Source: Candidatus Omnitrophus magneticus (GTDB taxonomy: Bacteria > Omnitrophota > Gorgyraeia > Tantalellales > Tantalellaceae). Taken from it: a stretch of DNA of 64,000 nucleotides. The notes beneath the pieces are model-generated. The model searched no databases and had not been told where the DNA came from. It saw only the letters and a list, made by a program, of their open reading frames with translations. A program made the position numbers and the translations under genes. Location: positions 20,424 to 84,423 of the forward strand of contig JYNY01000232.1 in the NCBI GenBank assembly GCA_000954095.1, read 5' to 3'. Positions within the stretch are counted from its first letter, which is position 1. Each line of letters begins with the position of its first letter. Below are positions 44,109 through 54,000 of this stretch, piece by piece.

Positions 44109-44199
44109 CCGCCGCTAAATAAAAAAATAAATAATTTTAAATAAGGCTTTTAACCGCTACTAGAAAACCGCGGGCTTTAAAAGCCTTATTTAGCGGCGG
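44109..44199 (-). other. Two-tier long hairpin spanning the pseudouridine-synthase stop codon and the spacer before serS
   Basis: Exact 13-bp pairing of 44109-44121 with 44187-44199, and exact 15-bp pairing of 44139-44153 with 44177-44191. On the minus strand the inner stem is followed by a T-rich tract. Confidence 0.4.
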
Positions 44200-44927
44200 C
44201 CCGTAAGACTCCCCGCTATTTTTTTCAAATGAACCTCTTCCGATTTTGTCAATTCTCTAAATTCGCCTTGTTTTAAACCGTCGCTAGTAAGTCCCGCGTA
44301 TTTTATTCTTTCAAGAGAAATCACATCTGAACCTATCTCTTCAAACATGCGCCGTATCTGACGTTTTCGGCCTTCATGAATTTTCACATTAAAAATATCG
44401 CCATTTTTTTCACGCCCGATTTTTGTAATAACGCACCGCGAAAGTTTCTTCCCATCAAGCTCTATACCGCTTCTTAAAATATGGATATTCCTTTCCGGTA
44501 TATTGCCTTTAACTTTCGCTATATATTCTTTCTCAATTTCAAAACTCGGATGAGAAAGACGATGCGTCAAGTCTCCGTCATTTGTGATTATTATTACGCC
44601 GGTGGTATCTTTATCCAGACGGCCTATAGAATAAAGCCTGCCGTCTATATTTTTAAAAAAATCCGTTATTTTCGCGCGTTCATGCGTGTCTAGAGATGTT
44701 GAAATGACATTTTTGGGTTTATTAAAAATAAAATATTTTTTTTTGATAGGCGCTTGTAACGGCTTACCATCAACAAGAACGGCATGTATAAACGGGTCAA
44801 CCTTATAGCCTTTTTCCGTAACAACCTTACCGTCAACGCTTACTCTACCCTCTTCTATAAAAGCAATAGAACCTCTTCGAGAAGCAATCCCTGCCTCAGC
44901 AAGTATAACCTGTAAACGTTTTTCCAT
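44190..44927 (-). CDS. RsuA/RluB-family pseudouridine synthase with N-terminal S4 domain
   Basis: 245 aa with S4 motif RLQVILAEAGIASRR and catalytic GRLDKDTTGVIIITNDG. Confidence 0.88.
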   Translation of the reverse strand: MEKRLQVILAEAGIASRRGSIAFIEEGRVSVDGKVVTEKGYKVDPFIHAVLVDGKPLQAPIKKKYFIFNKPKNVISTSLDTHERAKITDFFKNIDGRLYSIGRLDKDTTGVIIITNDGDLTHRLSHPSFEIEKEYIAKVKGNIPERNIHILRSGIELDGKKLSRCVITKIGREKNGDIFNVKIHEGRKRQIRRMFEEIGSDVISLERIKYAGLTSDGLKQGEFRELTKSEEVHLKKIAGSLTGRR

Positions 44928-44974
44928 TTTTCCAAAATCTTTTATAATAGCGAATACCGCTAATCTTTTCGGGT

Positions 44975-47689
44975 TTATCGGTTAGGTTTTAACGCGTCAA
45001 GATTTTCATTCAAAACTACAATCTGCTTTTTAAAGGCATCTTTTTTTTCTATTTCCTTTTGAACTACTTCTCTCGGCGCTTTTTCAATAAACTCTTTATT
45101 TTTCAATTTTCGATCTATCGAATTAAAATAATTTTCTGTCTCTATTATTTTTTTTGTTATTCTCGCGGTTTCTTTTTCAACATCAATGAGGCTCCCGATT
45201 AAGACATATAATTTGATATCTCCGATTATCCCAGACGCCGATAAAGCCGGCCTCTCAAGACCTTTTGACATATTGCAAACTTTAGCCCGTGCCAATTTTT
45301 CAATATATTTTTTTTCTTTTTCAATTAATTCAATATCATCATCATTTCCCACGTTAAAACTTACGTCTACGATTGAACTAGCATCTAAATTCCAAAACGC
45401 CCTTATATTCCTAATGGCGCTTATTATTCCCATCAATTTAGCCATAGAAAATTCCGCGTCTTTATTAATGAATTCCTCATTTTGTCTAGGCCACTCCGCG
45501 TTCATAATATATTCGCTTGATTTAAAATGTCTAGGAAGTTTAGACCATAATTCCTCTGTTATATACGGCATAAAAGGATGTAATAACCTTAATATCCCGC
45601 TAAGAACGAATAAAAGAACGCTCTGAACATTTTTTTTATCATGAGAAAGTTTAGCTAACTCTAAATACCAATCACAATATCTATGCCACACAAAATCATA
45701 CAATATTTGCGCGGCATCATTAAACCTATATCCGGCAAGACTTGATTCAACTTTTTCAATAGTTTCAAAATAACTATTTATTATCCATTTGTCCGGCAAA
45801 GAAAATCTTGATAAATCTAATTCAGAATTGTCTATAAATGTCTCATCAACATTCATTAGAACATACCGCGCGGCATTCCATAATTTATTCGAAAAATTTC
45901 TGCCGACCTCAAATTTTTCTTTTGATAAAAAAACATCTTGGCCTTGAGATGTTATAGAGATAAGACTAAAACGAAGCGCGTCACTACCGACTTCTCCTAT
46001 TATTTCAAGAGGATCAATAACATTTCCAAGAGACTTTGACATTTTTGTTCCGGTAGAATCTCTCACTGTCCCATGTATATAAACATCCTTAAACGGCACA
46101 TTTCCCATAAATTTTAAGCCCGCCATAATCATTCTGGCTACCCAAAAAAATATTATTTCCTGAGCCGTTACTAACGCGTCTGTCGGATAAAACTTTTTTA
46201 ATTCTTCCGTATCACTCGGCCAGCCAAATGTTGAAATAGGCCAAAGCCACGAACTAAACCATGTATCCAAAACATCAGGATCCTGAACAATATTGTTACC
46301 GCCGCAATACGGGCATTTTTCTGGAAAATCTTTTTCCTGCGGAACAAAAACACCTTTAACATTAGGCCCTGAAACCTTAACTTCACGGGCATCTTTAAAA
46401 TCAAGACAATCCTTACAATACCATACCGGTATACGATGCCCCCACCAAATCTGCCGTGATACACACCAGTCTCGTATGTTTTCCATCCAATTCAAATATA
46501 CCTTTGTCCATCTCTCTGGATAAAAATTCACTCTCCCGTCTTTGACTACCTGAATCGCTTCTTCACTAAGAGGTTTCATTTTTACAAACCACTGATTTGA
46601 AAGACGCGGTTCGCTCATTGTATGGCATCTATAACAATGCCTCACAGAATGCACATGCTTTTCAGATTTTATAAAAAGATTCCGTTCCTTTAAATCCTCA
46701 ATGATAGTTTCACGGCATTCAAATCTATCCATTCCTTGATAATCCCCGCCTAACTCATTTATCTTCGCGTTAGAGTCCATTACATTAATTCGCTCTAAGC
46801 CATGCCTGCTACCCATTTCAAAATCAACAGGATCATGCGCGGGAGTAACCTTTAAAGCACCTGTTCCAAACGAAGGATCAACTGATTCATCAAAAATAAT
46901 TTTAAGTTCTCTCCCTATGATAGGTAAAATAATTATTTTTTCGGAAAGACCGCGATAACGCTGATCATTAGCATTCATCGCTACAGCTGTATCTCCAAGC
47001 ATTGTTTCAGGCCGAGTAGTCGCGACCACAATATAATCTTCATTTTCAACTTCAAGTTTATCATGTCCTTTTACGGGATATTTGATGTAATATAACATCC
47101 CTTCAACTTCGCTATGTTCAGCTTCTTCATCACTTAAAGCAGTTTCACATCTAGGGCACCAGTTAATAATAAAATTGTTTTTATAAATGAGGCCTTCGTA
47201 ATAAAGACGACTAAAAACTTCTTTTACCGCGCGTGAAAGGCCCTCATCCATTGTAAAGCGAGTTCTATCCCAATCACATGACGCGCCAAGCCGTTTCAAC
47301 TGGCGTATAATTGTATTGCCGTATTCATCTTTCCATTGCCACACACGTTCTAAAAATTTTTCACGGCCTAAAACCTGCCTTGTAAGACCTTCTTTAGCTA
47401 TTGACCGTTCAACAACATTTTGAGTGGCAATACCCGCGTGATCCGTACCGGGCATCCATAAAACCTCATAGCCCTGTAAACGCTTCCATCTAATAAGAAT
47501 ATCCTGAATAGTATTATTTAAGGCGTGCCCCATATGAAGAATACCAGTCACGTTTGGCGGCGGAATAACTATTGAATAGGCGGTTTTTCCTGTACCTGTC
47601 TTCGCGGAAAATAATTTTTTTTCTTCCCAATCTTTATAAATCTGTTCTTCAATACTTAACGGGTCATATCTTGAAGGAATTTCTTTCAC
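44975..47689 (-). CDS. valS: Valine--tRNA ligase
   Basis: 904 aa with HMGH (ILHMGHALN), KMSKS and a C-terminal coiled coil. The GTG start overlaps the cimA stop (GTGA). Confidence 0.95.
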   Translation of the reverse strand: MKEIPSRYDPLSIEEQIYKDWEEKKLFSAKTGTGKTAYSIVIPPPNVTGILHMGHALNNTIQDILIRWKRLQGYEVLWMPGTDHAGIATQNVVERSIAKEGLTRQVLGREKFLERVWQWKDEYGNTIIRQLKRLGASCDWDRTRFTMDEGLSRAVKEVFSRLYYEGLIYKNNFIINWCPRCETALSDEEAEHSEVEGMLYYIKYPVKGHDKLEVENEDYIVVATTRPETMLGDTAVAMNANDQRYRGLSEKIIILPIIGRELKIIFDESVDPSFGTGALKVTPAHDPVDFEMGSRHGLERINVMDSNAKINELGGDYQGMDRFECRETIIEDLKERNLFIKSEKHVHSVRHCYRCHTMSEPRLSNQWFVKMKPLSEEAIQVVKDGRVNFYPERWTKVYLNWMENIRDWCVSRQIWWGHRIPVWYCKDCLDFKDAREVKVSGPNVKGVFVPQEKDFPEKCPYCGGNNIVQDPDVLDTWFSSWLWPISTFGWPSDTEELKKFYPTDALVTAQEIIFFWVARMIMAGLKFMGNVPFKDVYIHGTVRDSTGTKMSKSLGNVIDPLEIIGEVGSDALRFSLISITSQGQDVFLSKEKFEVGRNFSNKLWNAARYVLMNVDETFIDNSELDLSRFSLPDKWIINSYFETIEKVESSLAGYRFNDAAQILYDFVWHRYCDWYLELAKLSHDKKNVQSVLLFVLSGILRLLHPFMPYITEELWSKLPRHFKSSEYIMNAEWPRQNEEFINKDAEFSMAKLMGIISAIRNIRAFWNLDASSIVDVSFNVGNDDDIELIEKEKKYIEKLARAKVCNMSKGLERPALSASGIIGDIKLYVLIGSLIDVEKETARITKKIIETENYFNSIDRKLKNKEFIEKAPREVVQKEIEKKDAFKKQIVVLNENLDALKPNR

Positions 47690-49266
47690 TTTTTGCTGGC
47701 TCCTTCTTCATCTTTTAAAAATTTATATTCAATTGAATCTATTAAAGCTCGCGCGCTCGCATCTATAATATTCTCAGAAACTCCGACAGTCCACCATGAT
47801 GTGTTTTCATCCTGCGATTGTACAAGCACTCTGACCTTTGCCGCTGTCCCTGCCTTTTCATCCAAAACACGAACACTGAAATCAGTAAGCCGCATATTGT
47901 TTAGAGATGGGAAAAATTCATTTAAAGCTTTTCTTAATGCCCGATCCATGGCATGCACAGGACCGTCACCTTCTGCGACTGTATGACGAATTTCACCATT
48001 AATATTTACTTTAACTGTGGCTTCCGACTCAATCTTCCCATCAACATGCTTCTCCACTATCACACGCAATTCTTCAATCGTAAAATATTTTTTTTCTACG
48101 GAATACACGCGTTCCATTAAAAGAATAAGAGACGCCTCAGCTAATTCAAATTGATATCCTTCATTTTCCAATGCCTGCACTTCTTTTAAAATTTTTTTCG
48201 CTTCATCAGGATTCTTCCCTATCGCGACGCCTCGTTCCTCTGCTTTAGCGATAATGCTTGATTTTCCTGAAAGTTCTGAAATAAGAAGCCTCCTAGTATT
48301 TCCAACCTTGTCCGGTTCAATATGTTCATATGTTTTTGAATTCTTCATCATCGCGTTAATATGAACCCCTGCTTTATGCGCGAAAGCATTTTTTCCTGTG
48401 TAAGACTGCGAATCATTCGGTTTCATATTGGCTACTTCAGCAATAAAATTTGAAACTTCCGTAAAATTTTTAAGCGCCAACTCCGAAAGGACATCAAACC
48501 CAAGTTTAAACCGAAGAGCCGGCGCGATCGAAACTAAATTAGCATTACCGCACCGTTCGCCATATCCGTTAAATGTACCTTGCACTTGCACACAACCCGC
48601 TGACACCGCGGCAATAGAATTAGCCACAGCCATTTCACCATCGTTATGCGTGTGTATTCCCAAATCAATATTCACATTATTTTTCACTTCCCTTACAACA
48701 TCAAAAACCCTGCTTGTAAGCGCGCCGCCATTCGTATCGCAAAGGATAATACACTCGGCTCCAGCATTTACCGCTACTTCTATCGCTTCCACGGCATATT
48801 TAGGATTTTCTTCATATCCATCAAAAAAATGTTCCGCGTCAAACATAACGCGCCGGCCTTTTTTCTTTAAATATTCAATAGACTCGCCAATCATTTTTAA
48901 ATTTTCTTTTAAACTTGTTTTTAAAACCGCCTTAACATGAAGATCCCACGTTTTACCGAAAATAGTCACATAAAGCGTCTCACTTGCCAAAAGCCCTTTT
49001 AGAATAGGATCATTAGATACTTGAGAATCTACGCTGGGGGTACTGCCGAACGCCGCAAGCTTCGAATTCGCAAATTTTATTGACCGCGCCTCTTTAAAAA
49101 ATTCATCTTCCTTGGGGGTTGCGCCGGGCCATCCGCCTTCGATAAAATCTATACCCAATTCATCCAATTTTTGGGCTATACGAATCTTATCCTGAACAGA
49201 AAACGAAATACCCGCAGATTGTGAACCGTCTCTAAGAGTCGTGTCATAAATATAAACTTTCTTCAT
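47686..49266 (-). CDS. cimA: Citramalate synthase (LeuA/CimA family)
   Basis: IYDTTLRDGSQSAGISFSVQDKIRIAQKLDELGIDFIEGGWPGATPKEDEFF is typical of CimA-type enzymes, and the C-terminal LeuA-dimer-like region is present. The track start is TTG; ATG at 49264-49266 has AAGGA upstream. Confidence 0.85.
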   Translation of the reverse strand: MKKVYIYDTTLRDGSQSAGISFSVQDKIRIAQKLDELGIDFIEGGWPGATPKEDEFFKEARSIKFANSKLAAFGSTPSVDSQVSNDPILKGLLASETLYVTIFGKTWDLHVKAVLKTSLKENLKMIGESIEYLKKKGRRVMFDAEHFFDGYEENPKYAVEAIEVAVNAGAECIILCDTNGGALTSRVFDVVREVKNNVNIDLGIHTHNDGEMAVANSIAAVSAGCVQVQGTFNGYGERCGNANLVSIAPALRFKLGFDVLSELALKNFTEVSNFIAEVANMKPNDSQSYTGKNAFAHKAGVHINAMMKNSKTYEHIEPDKVGNTRRLLISELSGKSSIIAKAEERGVAIGKNPDEAKKILKEVQALENEGYQFELAEASLILLMERVYSVEKKYFTIEELRVIVEKHVDGKIESEATVKVNINGEIRHTVAEGDGPVHAMDRALRKALNEFFPSLNNMRLTDFSVRVLDEKAGTAAKVRVLVQSQDENTSWWTVGVSENIIDASARALIDSIEYKFLKDEEGASKK

Positions 49267-49281
49267 AAACAATCCTTAAAA

Positions 49282-50529
49282 TTATTTTTTATTTTTACCC
49301 GGCTTATCCAATTCAAACGCGTCATGTAAAACCTTAACCGCGGTTTCCGCGTCGCTTTTTTTAATAACGCATGAAATTTTTATTTCACTGGTTGAAATCA
49401 TATCAATATTTATTTTTTTAGACGCAAGAGCTTTAAACATTTTTGCCGCGACACCCGCGTGACTCCGCATACCTATCCCGACTACCGACACTTTCGCAAT
49501 TTCTTTATCCAATTTAATTTCTCCTGTGCCAATTTTATTTTTCAAACCAGCCAAAACATCTTGCACCTTAGTTAAATCCGCGCTTGAAACAGTAAAAGAA
49601 ATATCAGTCGCGCCCGTGCGTGAAATATTTTGAATAATCATATCAACGTTAATTCCAGCGTTTGCCAAACCTTCAAATAACCTGCTCGCTTCTCCGGGTT
49701 TATCAGAAACATCGCATACGGTAATTTTCGCTTCCCCTTTATTAAGAGCAACACCTCTAACTAAAACATCTTCCATATCTTTACCCTCCTTGCATATCAT
49801 TGTTCCTGTATTTTTTGAAAAACTCGACCTAACATGTAACGGAATATCATACTTACCGGCGGCTTCAATACTGCGCGCCTGCATTACTTGAGCGCCTAAA
49901 GACGCCATTTCAAGCATCTCATCATAACTGATACTCGCAAGTTTACGCGCGTTTTGAACAATACGCGGATCAGTAGTATAAATCCCTTCAACATCAGTAT
50001 AAATTTCACAAGTTCCCGCGTTAAGGACTTTCGCGAGAGCTACCGCCGTCATATCTGATCCGCCCCTTCCAAGCGTTGTTATTTCCTGATTCAAATTCAC
50101 GCCTTGAAACCCCGCGACAATAACAACTTTCCCCTTTTTAATTTCTTCAATAATTCGTTTAGCGGATATATCAATTATCCGCGCTTTTGTATGCGCAGAA
50201 TCAGTCAAAATACCTACTTGAGCGCCTGTAAAAGAAATAGCACTTGTTCCGATTTCATGTAATGCCATCGCTAAAAGCGCCACTGAAATTTGTTCGCCTG
50301 TAGACATAAGCATATCAAGCTCACGCTCTAAAGGTTTCTGTGTTATTTTAGAAGCAAGTTCCAAAAGGTCATCAGTCGTATCCCCAAGAGCGGATACAAC
50401 GACTACAACATCATACCCCTTTTTTTTATACTCCTTCACGCGCTCGGCAACTTTCTTAATCCTCTCAGGATTCGCGACGCTACTGCCGCCATACTTCTGA
50501 ACTATAAGTTTCTCATTCTTTTTTGCCAT
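49282..50529 (-). CDS. lysC: Aspartate kinase with tandem ACT domains
   Basis: 415 aa. VQKYGGSSV, VVVSALGDTTD and TLGRGGSDMTAVALA motifs. AGGAG ribosome-binding site upstream. Confidence 0.92.
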   Translation of the reverse strand: MAKKNEKLIVQKYGGSSVANPERIKKVAERVKEYKKKGYDVVVVVSALGDTTDDLLELASKITQKPLERELDMLMSTGEQISVALLAMALHEIGTSAISFTGAQVGILTDSAHTKARIIDISAKRIIEEIKKGKVVIVAGFQGVNLNQEITTLGRGGSDMTAVALAKVLNAGTCEIYTDVEGIYTTDPRIVQNARKLASISYDEMLEMASLGAQVMQARSIEAAGKYDIPLHVRSSFSKNTGTMICKEGKDMEDVLVRGVALNKGEAKITVCDVSDKPGEASRLFEGLANAGINVDMIIQNISRTGATDISFTVSSADLTKVQDVLAGLKNKIGTGEIKLDKEIAKVSVVGIGMRSHAGVAAKMFKALASKKINIDMISTSEIKISCVIKKSDAETAVKVLHDAFELDKPGKNKK

Positions 50530-50674
50530 AAAAACTCCTATTCCTTTACTGAAACTTATTATTTACTATAAAAATACAACAAAAATTTAAGCTCTATATT
50601 ATACAATATACGAAAAATTTAATATACTCAAAAAATAAATTTTTTAGAAACGGCGACCATCATAAATTACGGTA

Positions 50675-52498
50675 TTACACCTTAGGAATTATAAAAGAAA
50701 AATCAGAGCCCTCGCCTACCACGCTTTTCACCATGACACTTCCTCCATGCGCCTGAATAATATTTTTTACAATTGAAAGACCGAGCCCTGTTCCTTCTAT
50801 TTTACGAGAATGCGATTTATCCACTCTGAAAAATCTTTCAAACACGCGGGACAATAATTCTTCAGGAATACCGCACCCTGTGTCTATCACGGATACTTTG
50901 ATAAAACCTTCTATTTTAGAAATAAAAATACTCACAAAACCGTTTCGTTCCGTATATTTAACGGCATTATCTACCAAATTAAATAGCGCGCTATACAAAG
51001 CCTGTTCATCGCCCTTTGCTTTACAATAAACAGCCGGAGAAGAATTGAGAGTAACTGATATATTTTTTTGTTCCGATTGCTGTCTAATAGCATTTATAAC
51101 CTGTTCCGCGATATTCCGCATATCTACCGCAATAAATTTAATTTTATTTTTTCCTGATTCCAATTTTGATAATTCCAAAATATTATCAATTAACTTATTA
51201 AGCCTGTCTGACTCCTTAAGAATAACATTTAAAAAACTTCGCGCGTTTTTTTCATCGTTTAAAGCGCCGTCTATCAAAGTTTCCGCATATCCCTTAATGG
51301 ACGCGACAGGAGTTTTCAATTCATGCGAAACATTCGCGACAAAATCTTTTCTTATTTGTTCTAATTTTCTCAAATTAGTAATATCATGAAATACCATGAC
51401 TCCGCCTTTTATAACATTTTCCATTACAAGCGGCGTCGCGTGAATTAAAAGAACTTTTTCTTGAACATTATGAATGATAATTTCTTGAGAAATGACTCCT
51501 TCTTTAAAAGAAAGTATTTTATCAGACAATTCCCTTATTTCAATATTGCGTATAATTTCTATCGGCAATTTTCCTTCATAAGATTCAGTTATATTTAAAA
51601 CAGAAGTAAGAGCTGAATTCATGAGCGTAATTCTTCCCTGCTCGTCAAAAACCATCACTCCGTCAAACATACTTAAAAAAATAGCTTCTAAACGAGAACG
51701 CTCCATTGTAATATCTTTTATTTTAACTTTTATTTCGTCCCCCATAAGATTAAACGCTTTCGCGAGATGCGCTGTTTCATCTTTTTGGGGCATAAAAAAT
51801 TTTGTCGTAAAATCTCCTTTCACAAAATCTTTCGCGAGGTTTGATATCTCGCGTAAAGATTTAGTAAGAAATAATGCCGCTAAGAAACTCAATAATATTG
51901 CCAATAAAATTCCCAAAGACCCCGCAGGTATAATAATTTTTTTTATATCATTTTCCAGACCTTCTATTTCAATAAGCGGTTTCGCTAAACGAATAATACC
52001 AAAAAAATTTTTACCGGTAACAAGTTTCGCCTTGTAAAGCATATGTTTTTTTATTGTGGTAGAAAATCTTTTACTCTCTCCGAATCCAGTATGAATAGCA
52101 GACTGAACTTCCGTACGGTATAAATGATTTTCCACGCGCATTATTTGGTCAATAGTAAGCAAAGAATCGCCTAAAACAGTACCATCAATATCGATAATTG
52201 TCGCGCGGGCGCCGGAAGTTTCGCCTATTTTGTCCGCGAGCGCATCAAATGAAGTAATTCTACCCAAAATAGCAGTATTCGTAATTTCAATATTTTTTAT
52301 AGAATTTATTTTTTGAGATTCGACTGAATAAAAGACTTCAACAAAAAGACTGGCAAGATTGAGATTTTTTAAAAGATTAATTTTTATATTTTCATAAGCA
52401 GACTTAGATAAATTGCCATATAGATAAAAAGACACAACAACTAAAATCGATATAAATATCAGGCTGAAACTGATAAATATTTTTTGATATATTTTCAC
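50675..52498 (-). CDS. Sensor histidine kinase (two TM segments, HAMP, PAS, HisKA, HATPase)
   Basis: 607 aa with H-box SHELKTPVASIKGYAETL, N-box NLVDNAVKY and G-boxes DTGCGIP / GTGLGLSIV. The GTG start overlaps the regulator stop. Confidence 0.9.
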   Translation of the reverse strand: MKIYQKIFISFSLIFISILVVVSFYLYGNLSKSAYENIKINLLKNLNLASLFVEVFYSVESQKINSIKNIEITNTAILGRITSFDALADKIGETSGARATIIDIDGTVLGDSLLTIDQIMRVENHLYRTEVQSAIHTGFGESKRFSTTIKKHMLYKAKLVTGKNFFGIIRLAKPLIEIEGLENDIKKIIIPAGSLGILLAILLSFLAALFLTKSLREISNLAKDFVKGDFTTKFFMPQKDETAHLAKAFNLMGDEIKVKIKDITMERSRLEAIFLSMFDGVMVFDEQGRITLMNSALTSVLNITESYEGKLPIEIIRNIEIRELSDKILSFKEGVISQEIIIHNVQEKVLLIHATPLVMENVIKGGVMVFHDITNLRKLEQIRKDFVANVSHELKTPVASIKGYAETLIDGALNDEKNARSFLNVILKESDRLNKLIDNILELSKLESGKNKIKFIAVDMRNIAEQVINAIRQQSEQKNISVTLNSSPAVYCKAKGDEQALYSALFNLVDNAVKYTERNGFVSIFISKIEGFIKVSVIDTGCGIPEELLSRVFERFFRVDKSHSRKIEGTGLGLSIVKNIIQAHGGSVMVKSVVGEGSDFSFIIPKV

Positions 52499-53205
52499 TT
52501 CCCCGCCTCGGCAAATCTATATCCCAGCCCTCTAATAGTTTCAATAAAGCGCCCGCTTGTCCCAAGTTTTTCCCTAAGCCGTTTAACATGCGTGTCAATA
52601 GTCCTAGTGGTAACATCTCGACCTAAATCCCATACATCATTCAACAAACGGTCACGCGATTGAACCCGGCCGGCTCTTTGCATTAACGTCAAAAGAAGCT
52701 TAAATTCCATATGAGTAAGGACTATTTCTTTATTACCGGTAGTAACTTTATGGCGAGGGATATCTATAATTAAATCTTTAAATTGAAAAGAATTTTTTTC
52801 AACATTTAAAGAAAGGCTGTCAGGCGTTTTTGTTCTTTTTAAAATAGTCTTGATTCTAAGCATTAATTCGCGAGGGCTGAACGGTTTTACCATATAATCA
52901 TCCGCGCCTAACTCTAACCCTACGATACGGTCTATTTCTTCACCTCGCGCGGTAAGCATAATAACAGGCAAAGATGACTTTATTTTTTTTATTTCTTTTA
53001 TGATTTCAAAACCGTCTTTTCCGGGAAGCATTACGTCCAGAACCACAATATCAGGCGTGTTATCAGAAAGGATTTCAAGAAGTTTTTCTCCTGTCTCATA
53101 CGTAAAACAACTATCGCCGTTTTTTTCTATGTTATATTTAATCAGGCGAGCTATATGTTCATCATCTTCAACCAAAAAAATTTTACTACCCGCCACAAAA
53201 ATCAC
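52495..53205 (-). CDS. OmpR/PhoB-family response regulator
   Basis: Receiver domain (LVEDDEHIA...DVMLPGKDG...MLTARG) plus a winged-helix output domain (GYRF at the C-terminus). The start is uncertain: GTG at 53205, or GTG at 53196 with AGGTGA upstream. Confidence 0.9.
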   Translation of the reverse strand: MIFVAGSKIFLVEDDEHIARLIKYNIEKNGDSCFTYETGEKLLEILSDNTPDIVVLDVMLPGKDGFEIIKEIKKIKSSLPVIMLTARGEEIDRIVGLELGADDYMVKPFSPRELMLRIKTILKRTKTPDSLSLNVEKNSFQFKDLIIDIPRHKVTTGNKEIVLTHMEFKLLLTLMQRAGRVQSRDRLLNDVWDLGRDVTTRTIDTHVKRLREKLGTSGRFIETIRGLGYRFAEAGK

Positions 53206-53320
53206 CTACTTGGGCTTTATTCTGATTTTATTTAACCCTGATTTAGGATTAAATAAAATCAGAAATGACCACCACCAAAGCCCATAATTTCTATGAATTC
53301 AAACACAAACAAACTCAAAA

Positions 53321-53866
53321 TTATTTCGCTACTGGTTTTCCTGATGATAAATTTGTTTTTTTCGCAATAGGTTTAGGTGCCGTCGGAGCCTGCATAACCG
53401 CACCATTTTTATTAGTTAAAAATCCCATAAATTTATTAAATTGTTCAGCATTAATAATAGATTTCATCCCTAATAAATCTTCTGTTCTTTTATCAACTAT
53501 CTTTGCTTGGATATCTTTAATTTGATTAGTAAGGCTTGCAATCACACTGTTATCGGAAGTAGCCTTTTGAATCTCATTAAAAAGATTGTTCTGAGTTTCT
53601 CCTAAATTTCTATAAAGTTCTTGCATATCTAAACGTATTGCTGTGCGATGAGCTTTAATTTTTTGCTGTTGTTCCGCTGTAAGATTTAATGAATCCATCA
53701 TATCAGTATGTTTGGGCGGCATTTGCGCTGGTAGTACAGCTGGCACTTTATTAGCAGTATTTTCTTTAGCATTTTCAGCTATAGCCAAAGGGCTACTGAA
53801 TAATAAACTAACTCCTAAAAAAAATATTACTATGACACTAAAATAAACAGATTTTATTTTTTGCAT
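53321..53866 (-). CDS. Spy/CpxP-family periplasmic protein (LTxxQ motifs)
   Basis: 181 aa with a signal peptide. LNLTAEQQQKI and INAEQFNKF are LTxxQ-type motifs. Strong AAGGAGAG ribosome-binding site. Lies immediately upstream of the two-component genes on the same strand. Confidence 0.65.
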   Translation of the reverse strand: MQKIKSVYFSVIVIFFLGVSLLFSSPLAIAENAKENTANKVPAVLPAQMPPKHTDMMDSLNLTAEQQQKIKAHRTAIRLDMQELYRNLGETQNNLFNEIQKATSDNSVIASLTNQIKDIQAKIVDKRTEDLLGMKSIINAEQFNKFMGFLTNKNGAVMQAPTAPKPIAKKTNLSSGKPVAK

Positions 53867-54000
53867 ACGCTCTCCTTTTTTATTAAATGGTTAATTTCTA
53901 AAATATTGTTAAAATATTACCATAAAACCAGCGCCATTTCATTAAATATTTTAACTTTTAATTCAAAAAAAATTCATACGCATTCCGCAAACTATAAAAA

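Noticed and set aside
48428-48940. 170-aa plus-strand ORF antisense to cimA; likewise 40415-40888, 45186-45626, 51045-52037 and 54060-54866
   Set aside because: Each overlaps a confidently identified housekeeping gene on the other strand. None has a start context or recognisable motifs.
50530-50674. Possible lysine riboswitch or attenuator upstream of aspartate kinase
   Set aside because: The spacer is only 145 nt, very AT-rich, and lacks the conserved G-rich helices of the lysine riboswitch. It holds only promoter-like hexamers.
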